Shown: positions 1 to 11,520, counted from the stretch's first letter. The stretch is 44,647 nucleotides of DNA from an uncultured Acidobacteriota bacterium (GCA_963777605.1 CAVZRV010000016.1:1-44647); one strand, 5' to 3'. The notes: generated by a model not told the origin, from the sequence alone. Numbers and translations are program-made.

Positions 1-324
1 CTGACAGCCGCCGGCTTTACAATGCGCCCCAACCCATTTCGAGAAAGATAATTGTTATCTTGGCCTGAAGGCGAACAGATTAGGGGTGGCCAGAAAGGGA
101 ACACTCGCAGGACCTGCGCTTCCAGGCGATGTTCGTCTTTGGGCTTTCTGAAATCGCCGTCAGCACGTTCAGTGGCCAGCTCTCGGATGACATTCGCTAC
201 GGACGGCCGACTCCGCTCTTCGGCTGCTGTGTACGATTACCGATCCGCCATCGACGTTCCAGTCCGCACCGTCAATTCCAGAAGGTCCTGAGCCTTTTCG
301 AAGCAGACGAAGCTGCGCTCGTCC

Positions 325-2551
325 TCAGTGCAGATTCCGCTCCCAGAAGTCGAACATCGTCGAGTACAGGTGCACTTGGGCGGCGCCATCGTCGATGCCG
401 TGCTTGCGCATCGGGTAAATCATCATGTCGAACGGGATGTCGGCGTCGATGAGGCCGTCGGCGAACGCCAGGTGTTTTGCGGGTGGACGTTGTCGTCGTA
501 GGTGCCGTGGACGAGCAGCAGTCGGCCATGAAGGTCCGGCCGCGGACCATAGCGAAGTGCCTCGTAGCCCTCCGGGTTGTCCTGGGGCGGCCGCATATAG
601 GCCTCGGTGTAGCTCGTGTCGTAGTAGCGCCAGTCGGAGACGGCGCGACGGCGATGCCGGCGCTGAACTCCTCCGAGCGGGTCATCGTCAGCAGGGTATC
701 GTTCCGCCGCCGCTCCAGCCCCACATGCCGACGCGGTCGGGGTCGATCCAGGGCTGCGCCTTGAACCAGGCGATTCCGTCCAGCAGATCGTTCAGTTCAA
801 CCGGACCGTGAAAGTTGCCTGGACGATTGGGTATTAGCGTCAATTTTACTCCTTGCCTTTGCGGCACTGCGGTTGTCGACAAAGAAAAACGAGCCGCGCC
901 ATTGTCGGCCAGCAATTGATGGTATTAGTAACCACGACCTCCACCCTGCCAGGCATTGATGACAGTTGGCGAGACGGTCCGCCGTAGACGTAGGTGACAA
1001 CCGGATATTTCTTGCGGGGATCGAAAAATTGCGGTTTGAGCATCATCGCCGGCATGTCGAAACCGTCTGCGGCCTCGATCTCGAACAACTGGCGCGGCTG
1101 GAGATTGAAAGGCTCGAGCCGATCCTGTTGCGACGTCGACACCGTCCGGACGGCCACACCGTCGGCACGGCGCAGAACCAGCTCGGGGAGCCGCTCGTTC
1201 GCGGAGTGCTCGTCGAGGTAGTACTTGCCGTCGGGCCGGAAGAGGATCCGATGGGTTCCCTTCTCGGCGGAGAGGCGCTTCATCCCGGTGCTGTCGAGCG
1301 CGATCCGGTACAGATGCTTCTCGATCGACGACGCCTCGAGTGCGGTGAAGAAGACTTGATCCCCTTCCACGTGAGCGACGGCCTTGCGGGCCCAGAAGAC
1401 GGCGGCGGAGGCACGAAGTGCCCAGTCTCCCTGGGTCACCTGCCGCACCAGCTTGCCGGTCATGTCATAGAGATAGAGATGGGAGTAGCCGGTCCGTTCT
1501 GAGACCCATAAGAAGCCGCTGTCGTCGTCCAGGAAGTGGAGGTCGTCGTTGATATTAACCCAGCCGGGATCGGTCTCGCGGAGCAGGTGACTCACCTTGC
1601 CCGTCGCCGCATCGACCAGGAACAGGTCGAGAGTCGTCTGGGGGCGGTCGAGGGTCTGAACCGCGAGCCGCGCGCTATCGGCGAGCCAGTTCATGCGCAC
1701 CAGATACTCGTAGGGGTAGACCCCCAGGTCAACCCAGGTCGTCTTGCCACTGTCGAGATCGAGCACGCCTGCGCGCACGCGCGGATTGGCCTCACCGGTC
1801 TTCGGGTAGCGCTGATGGATGACTCTCGGAAGGTTGGGCTCGAAATCGACGAAACTCGCGAGACCGACGGCAGACTCATCCGTCTGTAGGTAGGCGATCG
1901 ACTTCGAGTCCGGGGCCCACTCGTAGCCCCCGATCGGCCCGGCCGAAGATCTCCTCCCAGTAGACCCACGAGACGGTGCCATTCAGGAGGCTGTCGGTGC
2001 CGTCCTCGGTCAGCCGTTTGGTCTTGCGGGTTTCGAGGTCGTAGAGGTAGAGATCGTTGGCGCGCACGAAGGCGAGCTGGCTGCCGTCTGGTCATAAGCC
2101 GGGCGACTTCTCCTCCGCGTCGGTGACGCTGACCGCGACGAACTCCGAGCTGTCGAGATCGAGTAGGAAGAGATCGTCTTCCTTCACGTAGGCGCCCCAG
2201 TGCCCCTTCGGGTCGATGGCGTCCGGCCAACCGAGCTCCTCGAGCGGCTCTTCGGGCTCGAGCAGATCCGTGAGGCTTGCGAGGGCTTTCTTCGGATCGA
2301 CCTGCTTCACCCTTGATACGGCGCTCAGGATCGAAGGACTCGATCGTTCGTTCCGCTTTAGGGGGTTGCTGATCGTAGAGCAGGGCCTGGCCCGAGTCGA
2401 TCCACACGACTTCCGGCATCGCCGTCGCGGTTTTGCCCTCGTCGCTGTATATCCAGTCGAGCGTCAGTCGCTCGTCTTCGGCAGCGGCGTTGGAGGCGGT
2501 AAGCAGGCACAGCAGGGCTAAACCCCAGGCGAGAGTTCGTCGATGGTTCAT
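325..2551 (-). CDS. Secreted S9B family dipeptidyl peptidase IV-like peptidase (frameshifted)
   Basis: Joined from ORFs 1691..2641, 2092..2310, 1876..2067, 846..1982, 688..915 and 272..724. It has a signal peptide (MNHRRTLAWGLALLCLL), DPPIV_N motifs (NGTVSWVYWEE, YPKTGEANP), YVYGGP and the catalytic GWSGGG. It ends ...HLYSTMFDFWERNLH* at 325. Confidence 0.9.
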
Positions 2552-2905
2552 TTGGATTCCGTTCGATGATTCATTTGGATGCCCTCCACGAAGGCAATTG
2601 GATTCGTTTGCTGCCCGGCAGCGTAGCGCAGTAGCAGCCATTGAGCGATTTCTGTACCGCGCAAACGCTTTCCTAACAACGATTTACGCTCTTCACAGAT
2701 CCCCCAAAGAAACCAACATGGATCCTGCAGGCCCCCAAAAACCCCCTCGTTGCGACGATGGCTCATCAACAACGCGACTCGAGGAGAGTCCACGATGACT
2801 CGCCCAACCCGTCGCCTAATCGACCTTTTCAATCTGACTCGCTACCCCCAGGAGACCGCCGTGAAACGACTCACTGTACCATTGCCTTCATTGAAGAGTG
2901 GAGCG

Positions 2906-3251
2906 GGTACTGTCAACTTAACTCGCTGAGGGCGAGAAAAGGGGGAACTGACGGGAGGAACTCTCGATGAGGGGCACGGCAGCTGCCCAGTTTGTCGGTA
3001 ACGAGCCCCTGTTGGAAACAGAGCCTTGCCCCCTTCAAGAGGCGACGAAAGAACCGCTTAGCTGCTTTCGGTGTTTCGCCTCCTGGTTACCAGGATGTCG
3101 AGAACATCGCCATCCTGATCGACTGCTCTCCAAAGAGAGGACCGTTGGCCCTGAATCTTCACAACCAATCATCTCAGCAGGAAAATGATGACCTTTGTAG
3201 AGCGAGTTCATTCCTGTATTTTCTCAACGAGCCCATCAACTTGACAGTGCC
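2906..3251 (-). mobile_element. Internally deleted IS6-family element (copy 1)
   Basis: Terminal inverted repeats GGTACTGTCAACTT (2906-2919) and AACTTGACAGTGCC (3238-3251). The minus strand encodes the IS6 DDE fragment LWRAVDQDGDVLDILVTRRRNT. It is highly similar to 44145-44528. Confidence 0.85.
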
Positions 3252-3740
3252 TTACACCCTCATCCGAGAGGATGTGCGGAGAACGGCTTTCCGTCGCCAT
3301 GCCTGGAGGAGTGTACATCCTTAGCTCTGCCTGCTGAGTGGCCCCCCGGCACACTTCCGACGAACCTGGAGACCCCTCTATCCCCTGGTCGAAGAGTTCG
3401 GCCGTTATGAGTGAGAACTTGGCTGCTTCGTGCCGATGGATCGCGCCCTGCTGACTCCCGCGAACAGGAACTTTCTGATTCCTTGCCGGGAAACAAATTG
3501 GTACTCGCGTCGGCTCGAACGCTGATGGTACGATCACTTCGAAACAGCCCTCAAAGTGACTGGGAAAGAATCCGGATCGATGGAGATTGCACAGTTCCTT
3601 TTCCGCCCGGTGCCACGAGTCCCTTCGATCCGATTTGAAGTCGCGCCGAGAATTCCGGATGCCGGAAGGATTGGAAACATTCGCCGAATGGTAGAGTCCT
3701 GCTCGGATGCCACATCTCGTGACAAAGAGGATCAAATAGC

Positions 3741-5199
3741 CTGCTCTATTCTCGTGGGGATTATCTGCGGGTCCTACCGTTGCTGGATGAGGCTTGCGAT
3801 CTTCCAAGAGGTCGTTGGCGCTCCCCATTCCGACGAGACTATGCTCGACTCATCCAGGCTCCTGCCTTTAGAAGACTTCAAGGAAAGACCCAGCTGTTTG
3901 CCGGCTTCGAGTCCGACTTCTTCAGGAATCGCATGACCCATTCTCTCGAAGTCGCTCAGATCGCCAAAAGCATCGCGGTCAACTTGAACTTCCAGATGCT
4001 CGAAGAGCTGGGGCTGTCCGCTGGACTTGGATCTCGTAGAATTTGCTGGCCTTGCTCACGACTTGGGACATCCTCCCTTTGGGCATACCGGAGAGGATGC
4101 CCTTAACCGAATTATGATCGAGAGGACGGGGGGAGCCGAAGGATTCGAGGGGAATGCGCAAACACTCCGGCTTCTGAGCCGCTTGGAAAAGAAACTAGAC
4201 GATCCATCCAAACAGCTTTTCCAAATGGCACGCCAAGAACAGGCCCCGCTGGTACGACAGTAAAGGACAGCACTCAGCTTGCGGGCTGAACCTGTGTGCG
4301 AGGAGTCTCGCAGCGGTCCTCAAGTACGATCGGGAGATTCGTTATGAAGGGGCTCCAAACGCTGGCGAAGCGAAAGTGGAAAAGGGTTACTACCCTTCAG
4401 AGGCCGCTGTTGTGTCAAGGATCCGAAAGATGTCGGGTGGGGCAGAGGCGCGATGAAGACGCTCGAATGCCAGATCATGGATATTGCCGATGATATCTCC
4501 TACTCAACATATGACCTGGAAGACGCGCTAAAGGGGGAACTGTTGCTCCCCCTAGAAATACTGTTTCCCGGAGATGAGGTGTTGGAAGCGGTCGCTCGCC
4601 GAACCACCGATGAACTCGGGGCCGTCCAGGGACTGGGAAAACTCGACGCCAGCCAGGTGAGTCAGATCATTCTAGATGCATTTCATGAGGATTTCCTGGG
4701 CTTTGATTCAAAATGGAAGACAGCCGGACCTCGGGCGCTGGGCTCTGCGCATTGGCTGGCGGAAATACGCGCGCGAAGTGGCTTCTTTCGTTCCCAATTG
4801 ATGAGTCCCCTTGTCGGGAGAGCGGTGGACGCGGTGCGTTTCATCTTCAATGATCGTTGTCCAAAGGCGTCAAAAGTCGAGGTCGAGCCCGAGGAGCGCC
4901 TTCGGATCTCGGTCCTCAAGCACTTGATCTATGTCCTTCTCATCAACTCGAATCGGCTGAAGATCGTCGCTTTCAGGGGAGGGGAGATAGTCAGGGAGAT
5001 CTTCGATTCCCTTGCCGATGAGCATGGCTATCAGTTGCTCCCGGCTGACTGTCGTGAACAGCTCGGCGAGACCAGCACCGACGGTCAAAGAGTCAGAGTA
5101 ATCTGCGACTTCATCGCCGGAATGACCGATCGCTATGCTGGCGAGTTCTTCGCTCGTCTCACATCGGAGAACTACCAGACTATATTTAAGCCGTTCTGA
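3741..5199 (+). CDS. dgt: HD-domain dGTP triphosphohydrolase (frameshifted, start uncertain)
   Basis: Motifs [76 protein letters not shown] and [13 protein letters not shown] lie across ORFs 3780..4106, 4027..4263 and 4453..5199. Confidence 0.92.
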
Positions 5200-5366
5200 G
5201 GTTCTGCGGGCCAATACTGTGACGGTAACCCCGCTGTGCTCGAAAGTGAGACATTTCCGGGTCATGAGGCCCAGCCGCTTAAAGCGTTGCCCTCAGCGGT
5301 GGACACTTCTGCCTGCCGCATCTTCCACCACCCTCGAAATGGCTCTGCGTCGAGGGTGGTCGGGGC

Positions 5367-5395
5367 TTGACAGCGGTGTCCTGGCGCACTATTTT
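5367..5395 (+). promoter_or_regulatory. Sigma70-type promoter upstream of mtnK
   Basis: TTGACA (5367-5372), a 17-bp spacer, then TATTTT (5390-5395). It is followed by the inverted repeat CTGTG-N9-CACAG (5398-5416). Confidence 0.6.
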
Positions 5396-5469
5396 AGCTG
5401 TGGTGCTGCTTCACAGGATGCTCCAGGGATGTACTGCTGCTGCCGAACCGACCTAGTTGTCGAGACGCT

Positions 5470-6684
5470 ATGGAGAATTCTCGGATAGGTGTCAAACCCT
5501 CGACGAAAAGAGTTGTGCTGACTACGTGCAGCGCCTGGACGTTGCGTCAGGGGGAGCTCCGTGGTCCGCTGAAGAAATCGGCGACGGAAACATCAACTTG
5601 GTCTTCCGTGTCCGGAGGGCGGGAGCGGAGAATCTCTAGTCGTCAAACAGGCGTTGCCCTATGTCCGATGTGTTGGAGAGGAGTGGCCCCTGGACCTGAG
5701 TCGCGCGGTTCGCGAGGGGAAGGCACTTCAAATCCAGGACGAATTGGCTCCGGGTCTTGTTCCAAAGGTTCATCGAATCGACGAAGAGATGGCTCTCATT
5801 GTTATGGAAGATCTGTCTGGCCTAGGAGTGATGCGTGCCGGCACGATCCGAATGAAGAAATATCCACGTTTTGCGGATCACATCTCGACGTTCATGGCCA
5901 ATGTGCTCTTCTACACTTCCGACCTGCATAGAGATCCAAAAGAAAAGAAGCGACTGGTAAAGGAGTTCATTAACCCAGATCTGTGTCGTATCACAGAGGA
6001 CCTGATCTTTACCGATCCCTACTACGATTGCCCGCGCAACAACGTGAGTTCTGCCTTGAGACCCTACCTCGAAAGAGTGTTTTGGAAGAAGAGTTGTTTG
6101 CGGTTGGAAGCCTCGAAGTTCAAATACAAGTTCCTCACGGCTGCAGAGAGTCTGGTTCATGGTGACCTGCACACTGGGTCGATCTTCGCAGACGAGACCC
6201 GGACGAAGGCCTTCGATCCCGAGTTTGCCTTCTTCGGGCCAATTGCGTTCGATCCCGGGCTTCTGATCGGAATCTCCTCATCAACTATGTCTCCTGGAAC
6301 GGCAAGGACAATCCGGCCGAAGAGATACGGGACTATCGAAAGTACTTGTTGGGAACGATCAACGAGACTTACCGGATGTTCGACCAGAAGTTCAAAGTGA
6401 ATTGGGAGAAGGACGCTCGCGACAGCATGACCACTGTGGTTGGCTTTCGCGAGACTTTCATGCGGAACCTGTTTGTGGACACCATCGGCTATGCAGGTAT
6501 CGTCATGATCCGGCGCGTGCATGGTCTCGCGCACAATGTCGATGTCGATGGGATTGCAGACCTTGAAAGGCGTAGAGAGGTCCAAACGCTGATCCTCGAA
6601 TTGGGTGAAGATCTGGTCATGAATCGGCACTCATTCTCGGATATCGAGGATGTGACGGCATTTGCGGGGCGGAGGATTGCCTGA
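5470..6684 (+). CDS. mtnK: S-methyl-5-thioribose (or 5-deoxyribose) kinase (frameshifted)
   Basis: Motifs EIGDGNINLVFRV, KQALPYVRCVGEEWPL, NPDLCRITEDLIFTDPY, LVHGDLHTGSIF, DPEFAFFGPIAFD and IRRVHGLAHNVD lie across ORFs 5457..5639, 5654..6400 and 6346..6684. Confidence 0.93.
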
Positions 6685-6698
6685 TCAATCCGTCCCGG

Positions 6699-7781
6699 GT
6701 GCTCCAGTTCGAGAGAGAACTCAGAAATGGAGAGCATGTGTCAGGAGGGCTGAAACCAATCGAGTGGAGGGATGGAACACTCTATGTCTTGAACCAACTC
6801 GAGCTTCCCGGACACGTCAAGTACAATCCCAGGAACTCCGTAGCAGAGGTGTTCCGGGCGATTCGGGACATGGAACTGCGCGGGGCGCCGCTGATCGGGA
6901 TTGCAGCCGCGTATGGCCTTTGCCTCGGCGTCCGGGATCTGGGAGAGATCGGTCATGCCAAATTCATGCGAACCTTGAGAGGGCATGCCGAGTTTCTCGC
7001 CTCAGCTCGTCCCACCGGAGCCAATCTCTCCTGGGTCCTTGATCGAATGCTTACGAAGGTGAACCGGCTCGAATCCCTCTCGGTTTGCGAAAAGAGGAGA
7101 GTCTTGGAGGCGGAGGCGAACCGGATCTTTCAGGAGGATGCGGAGATCTGCAAGGCGATCGGTGAGAACTTCCTGACCATGATCGGCGACGGGGTGAGTC
7201 TGCTGACTCACTGCAACGCGGGCAGCCTTGCGACAGCCGCCTACGGAACTGCAACCGCTCCCATGTTTCTGGCGAAGGAGAGAGGGTGGAGCATGAGAGT
7301 CTACGTCGATGAGACCCGTCCCTATTTGCAGGGCGCCCGACTTACGACTCTGGAGCTACAGTCGGCGGGTATTGACGTCACACTGATCTGCGACAGTGCG
7401 GCGGGAGTGGTGCTTTCTCAGGGGAAAGTCGACGCGGTGATCACGGGAACGGATCGCGTAGCGGCAAACGGGGACGTGGCCAACAAAGTAGGTACGTTGA
7501 GCCTGGCGATCCTCGCCCACTACTTTAAGGTCCCTTTCTACGTGGCGGCTCCGACACCGACCATCGACATGGATACCCCTTCGGGAAAACAGATCCCGAT
7601 CGAAGAGCGGAAGACCGAGGAGGTGACGCGATGCGGCGGAATCCAGACGGCGCCGGAAGGCACACGAGCCTACAATCCTGCGTTCGACGTCACTCCTCAC
7701 GAACTGGTTACCGCAATTGTCACGGAGAGAGGCATTGTGACGCCGCCCTATTCGCAGTCCTTGCCGGAACTGTTCGATTGA
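6699..7781 (+). CDS. mtnA: S-methyl-5-thioribose-1-phosphate isomerase (copy 1, intact; true start may be ~40 bp downstream)
   Basis: LRGAPLIG, ARPTGANL, LTHCNAGSLATAAYGTA, DETRPYLQGARLT, GTDRVAANGDVANKVGT and YNPAFDVTP. It lies directly downstream of mtnK. Confidence 0.95.
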   Translation: MLQFERELRNGEHVSGGLKPIEWRDGTLYVLNQLELPGHVKYNPRNSVAEVFRAIRDMELRGAPLIGIAAAYGLCLGVRDLGEIGHAKFMRTLRGHAEFLASARPTGANLSWVLDRMLTKVNRLESLSVCEKRRVLEAEANRIFQEDAEICKAIGENFLTMIGDGVSLLTHCNAGSLATAAYGTATAPMFLAKERGWSMRVYVDETRPYLQGARLTTLELQSAGIDVTLICDSAAGVVLSQGKVDAVITGTDRVAANGDVANKVGTLSLAILAHYFKVPFYVAAPTPTIDMDTPSGKQIPIEERKTEEVTRCGGIQTAPEGTRAYNPAFDVTPHELVTAIVTERGIVTPPYSQSLPELFD

Positions 7782-8054
7782 CAACGGCGGATCGCTGACT
7801 CGCCCAAGCTTGAGCGAGCGGCTGCTGTGCCCTCGGAGTTTGAACGGGTGAAAGTGGTACCACGACATGCACCTGATTATCTGGGTAGTATACTGCTACC
7901 TTGACGCTTGCCATTGAGATTTTTTTGGGGGGGGCGGTTCCCCGAAAGTTGGACGGGAAAGGGTCTGGGGTGCTGGCAGAGGCCGGAATGTGGGTTGAGG
8001 ATTGCCTTGGAAGACAGACTCCATTGTCCGGGTCCTGAAGACGGAGTGAGAACC

Positions 8055-8945
8055 ATGGAAGAGGAAACAACATTGGCGGGTGGAGTGGCCCCTTCGGTCT
8101 CGAGCTTGAAAGCTCTGTCCCAAATTCGCAGTCACCTTCCCGGTCTAGCTCGGGCGGAGTCGGACGTTGCCTCCTGGGTTCTTCAGAACAGCCAGCAGAT
8201 TGTCCGCTTGTCCATGGCGCAGGTTGCCCGCGAATGCGGTGTCAGCGACACGACCGTGCTACGATTTTGCCGAGCGGTGGGTTTTCACGGGTATACCGAT
8301 TTGAAGTTTGCCGTAGTGCGGGACATGGCATCTCCGACACAGGTCATTCACGATGATCTGGCCGCGGACGACACCCCGCCTACCGTTGCCCGCAAGGTCT
8401 TTCTGGCGAATATCCAGGCCCTTAAGGACACGATGGAGGTTCTTGACCTGGAGGGATTTGAGAAAGCAGTCGACATGCTTGAGGGAGCAAAGTCGAGTCT
8501 GATCCTGCTGGTCGGAGTGGGGACTTCGGGGCCGATCGTGCAGTCGATGTACAATTTCTTGTTTCGTCTGGGGCTCAACTGCCGCGCCGAGACCGATTCG
8601 TACCTGCAGCTTATGCAAGCCGCTCTCATCCGGCCGGGAGATGTGGTGGTTGGTATTTCCCAATCCGGTAGTTCCAGTGACCCGGTCCTTACGATGGCTG
8701 AAGCAAAAAGGAATGGGGGTCAAACAATATGCATCACCGGGAATGCGCAGTCCCCGATTACGGAGTACGCGGACGTCACATTGTTGAGTGTCTCCAGTGA
8801 AACCCGCTCGGAAACGATCGCCTCGAGGATCGCCCAAAGCACAATTGTGGACGCACTCTACGTCGCCTTGGCCCTTCGGGACATAGAGCGCGCCATTGAA
8901 GGTGAGGGGAAGATCTGGAACGCGACTGCGTTGAAGTCGATCTAG
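8055..8945 (+). CDS. RpiR/MurR family transcriptional regulator (HTH plus SIS domain)
   Basis: HTH LSMAQVARECGVSDTTVLRFCRAVGFHGY and SIS motifs GVGTSG, GISQSG, ITGNAQSPI and SRIAQ. ATG at 8055 follows GGAG. Confidence 0.93.
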   Translation: MEEETTLAGGVAPSVSSLKALSQIRSHLPGLARAESDVASWVLQNSQQIVRLSMAQVARECGVSDTTVLRFCRAVGFHGYTDLKFAVVRDMASPTQVIHDDLAADDTPPTVARKVFLANIQALKDTMEVLDLEGFEKAVDMLEGAKSSLILLVGVGTSGPIVQSMYNFLFRLGLNCRAETDSYLQLMQAALIRPGDVVVGISQSGSSSDPVLTMAEAKRNGGQTICITGNAQSPITEYADVTLLSVSSETRSETIASRIAQSTIVDALYVALALRDIERAIEGEGKIWNATALKSI

Positions 8946-8955
8946 GCCAAATCGG

Positions 8956-9254
8956 GAGTCCCTCCGGTTCTGCCGGGGCGGCAGCCGAAGTTTGACATTT
9001 TCGGAAATCTGATTGAGAAGTCTCCTTCGTGAGCCGACCAAAGCATCACGAAAGGGACTTCAATGACGAACTACAGCAGTCTACAGCGCACGAAGTGGGA
9101 GTGTAAGTATCACGGGGTGTTCATTCCAAAGTGCGGCGGAAAGTGATCTGCGGAACGTTGCGTGGGGAACTGGGATCGGTGTTTCGTCAGTTGGCGCGGC
9201 ACGAGGAAAGCGAGCTCGAAGAGGGATACCTGAGACCGGATCATGTCCACATAA
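8956..9254 (+). mobile_element. tnpA: IS200/IS605-family remnant: left-end hairpins plus truncated tnpA
   Basis: Hairpins CTCCGGTTCTGCCGGGG (8962-8978) and AAGTCTCCTTCGTGA...TCACGAAAGGGACTT (9018-9060). From ATG 9063 it reads MTNYSSLQRTKWECKYHGVFIPKC / ...LGSVFRQLARHEESELEEGYLRPDHVHI, containing the HUH motif, and then stops. Confidence 0.85.
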
Positions 9255-9720
9255 AGGGACGGGCCTCGCGATTGTAGGCTTGGATGAAATCGATCAATTT
9301 GGCCACCAACTATTCTCTGGACTAGAGGATGCCACGGTGGACGATCTTGCGGGTCAGATTCCCGAACCAGATCTCAATCTGATTCAATCAACTGGCATGG
9401 GTCGGGTTGTAATGAAGATTCAGACGGTTGTTTTGGCGGACCCAGTCGCTGGTTTCCCAGCTGCGATGAAACGAGCCATTGTCGACGATCACGTGCAGCT
9501 CCCGACCCGGATAGCGTCGCAGAACGTCCTGCTAAGGCGAGGCTCGACGCCTTCACCGTGTTTCTCGAAAACGGTTTTTCGGCGGTCAGCACGATTTCAG
9601 GGGCACGTCCTGGCATGCGCACAGCATGGCTCACGCTCGGAAATTAAGTAAATCTACTTCAGCAAGGCGACACTAGACGAAATTAATGCGACAGGGAGCG
9701 CCAAGGAAGGGGACGGACGA

Positions 9721-10843
9721 TTGAAGGTCGAGGGGCAGCACTTTCGAACAATTTGGCGGAAGAAGGACGACCCGAGCGTTGTTCAAATCATCGATCAGCG
9801 TCACCTGCCGCATCGGTTTGTAATTGAAGACCTGAGAACCGTAGATGAGGTCGTCGTCGCAATCTCTGAGATGCATGTTCGGGGGGCGGGGCTGATCGGA
9901 GCAGCCGCAGGTTACGGAATGTACCTGGGCGGGCTGACTTCACCACGGAGTTCGGACGATGCGTTTCTGGAGGCGATGGACTCCAGTGCCCGCAGACTCA
10001 AGGAGAGCCGGCCGACCGCCGTGAATCTGGAGTGGGCCGTGAACCGGCAGGTCGGAGTGCTGAACAGGGTTCTGGGCATCGATGGGATGATCCACGCTCT
10101 GCGGCAAACAGCCGACAGGATTGCAGACGAGGATTCGGAGTACTGCCGGCGAATCGGAGAACACGGCCTCAGGATCATTGAGGAGATCCGCTCGAAGAAG
10201 GGGGGCGAGCGCGTCAACATCCTCACTCACTGCAACGCGGGATGGCTCGCCTTTGTTGACTATAAAACAGCCACTGCCCCGATCTACGAGGCGCATGACG
10301 CCGGAATCCGGGTTCACGTTTCGGGTCGACGAGACGCGACCCCGGAATCAGGGCGCGGGCCTGACGGCCTGGGAACTGGGCCAACACGGCGTCCCTCACA
10401 CCGTGATCGTCGACAATGCCGGCGGCCACCTGATGCAGCATGGACGGGTGGACATGGTCATCGGGAACGGATCGAACCCTGTATACGGGCGACGTAGCCA
10501 ACAAGATCAGGCACCTACCTGAAGGCGCTGGCCGCTCGGAGACAACAACATCCCCTTCTACGTCGCCCTGCCCTCCTCGTCTTTCGACTGGGTCTTGCGC
10601 GATGGAGTGAAAGAAATCCCGATCGAAGAGCGGAGTGAGTCGGAAGTGAAATGGGTGGACGGGCTTGTCCGAGACAAGGTCGAATCTGTGCTGGTGACCC
10701 CGGCCTCCAGTCCCGCAGCCAACTATGCCTTCGACGTGACCCCGGCCCGTCTGGTGACGGGGCTGATCACGGAGCGCGGGATCTGCCGAGCGTCTGAGGA
10801 AGGCATCCTGGGACTGTACCCCGAGATGGCAGGCCGGAGGTGA
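9721..10843 (+). CDS. mtnA: S-methyl-5-thioribose-1-phosphate isomerase (copy 2, frameshifted)
   Basis: [62 protein letters not shown] and [20 protein letters not shown] lie across ORFs 9721..10497, 10121..10522 and 10595..10843. Confidence 0.92.
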
Positions 10844-10899
10844 CCGCCGAGGTTCCTTCGAATCCCCTTGAAGTGTCTTGGTCTGGCCCGCTACGCTGC

Positions 10900-11125
10900 C
10901 GAGAAGGTTTCGACGCGAAACAGTTTCCCTTGCTGACAGAAAGGGCACATCGACAGATCGAGGCCGGCCGGCGTCTCGAAACCGCTGCCGGGAGTCGGCT
11001 CGCCATTGAGCCTGCCGCGACGACCTGTTGCTCCGCGAGTAAACGACGGTAAACGAAGAGGTTTTCTGCTCGATGGCGATTGGCCAGGAATCCATAGCAG
11101 CGAATCTGAACGAAGCCTCGCGGCT
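10900..11125 (-). pseudogene. C-terminal fragment of an IS91-like (Y2) transposase
   Basis: [18 protein letters not shown] matches the LPxGFxRIRHYGFLAN motif. A frameshifted CPxCxxG-like tail follows. It sits downstream of an integrase fragment, as in integrase-plus-IS91-like elements. Confidence 0.7.
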
Positions 11126-11149
11126 CGGCGAGTCCCTCCAACTCCAGAT

Positions 11150-11520
11150 TCGGACGCCCATTAGCCTTCGAGTTCAGGAGTGAGTCCAGCGGGTTCGCCG
11201 TCTGCTCCCCGACGTCAACTACATTTCCCAGGGAAATGTCATTGTCGCTGAGCAGTCTGCGGAATTTGCTGCAGCGCCATGTGGGTATAGCGGACGGTTG
11301 AGGCAAGGCTCTGGTGGCCGACAGAAGCTGGATCTTTCTAAGGTCGGCTCCGCCCTCCAAGAGATGGGTGGCGAAGCTATGGCGCAAGACATGAGGGGTG
11401 ACCCGCTTTCTTGCCCCGAGGCCAGGGCGGCTTTGCGACACACGCCCTGGACCGTGTTCGAGGAAACAGGCCGATCGTTTCCGCGCCCCGGAAACCACCA
11501 GTCCGTGGGGCGGGTCGCTT
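11150..11520 (-). pseudogene. C-terminal fragment of a tyrosine recombinase/integrase
   Basis: RPTDWWFPG...VQGVCRKA and [29 protein letters not shown] (HxLRH box), then frameshifted GH..STVRYTH and terminal NPLDSL. It is interrupted by a ~49-bp insert at 11206-11254. Confidence 0.85.
11206..11229 (+). repeat. 24-bp dispersed repeat, copy 1
   Basis: TCCCCGACGTCAACTACATTTCCC is identical to 32917-32940 and matches the reverse complement of 11616-11639 at 23/24. Confidence 0.9.

Noticed and set aside
2547-2610. Short direct repeats TTCATTTGGAT at the peptidase start as a CRISPR-like array
   Set aside because: There are only two 11-bp copies plus a degenerate third, with very short spacing and no cas genes.
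3208-3828. 206-aa minus-strand ORF and other ORFs between IS6 and dgt
   Set aside because: They have no motifs and overlap the IS remnant and dgt, so they are likely spurious.
5200-5469. SAM riboswitch upstream of mtnK
   Set aside because: No SAM-I core (AUC-AGAG...GCAACC...GUGC) was seen, only a sigma70 promoter and a palindrome. An Infernal/Rfam scan would settle it.
9280-9651. 123-aa ORF between the IS200 remnant and mtnA2
   Set aside because: It has no recognisable domain. It vaguely resembles shadow ORFs in IS630-type elements, but I cannot support a call.
8259-11161. Long antisense ORFs (8259..9041, 10223..11161 and similar elsewhere)
   Set aside because: These are shadow frames opposite well-supported genes in GC-rich DNA.
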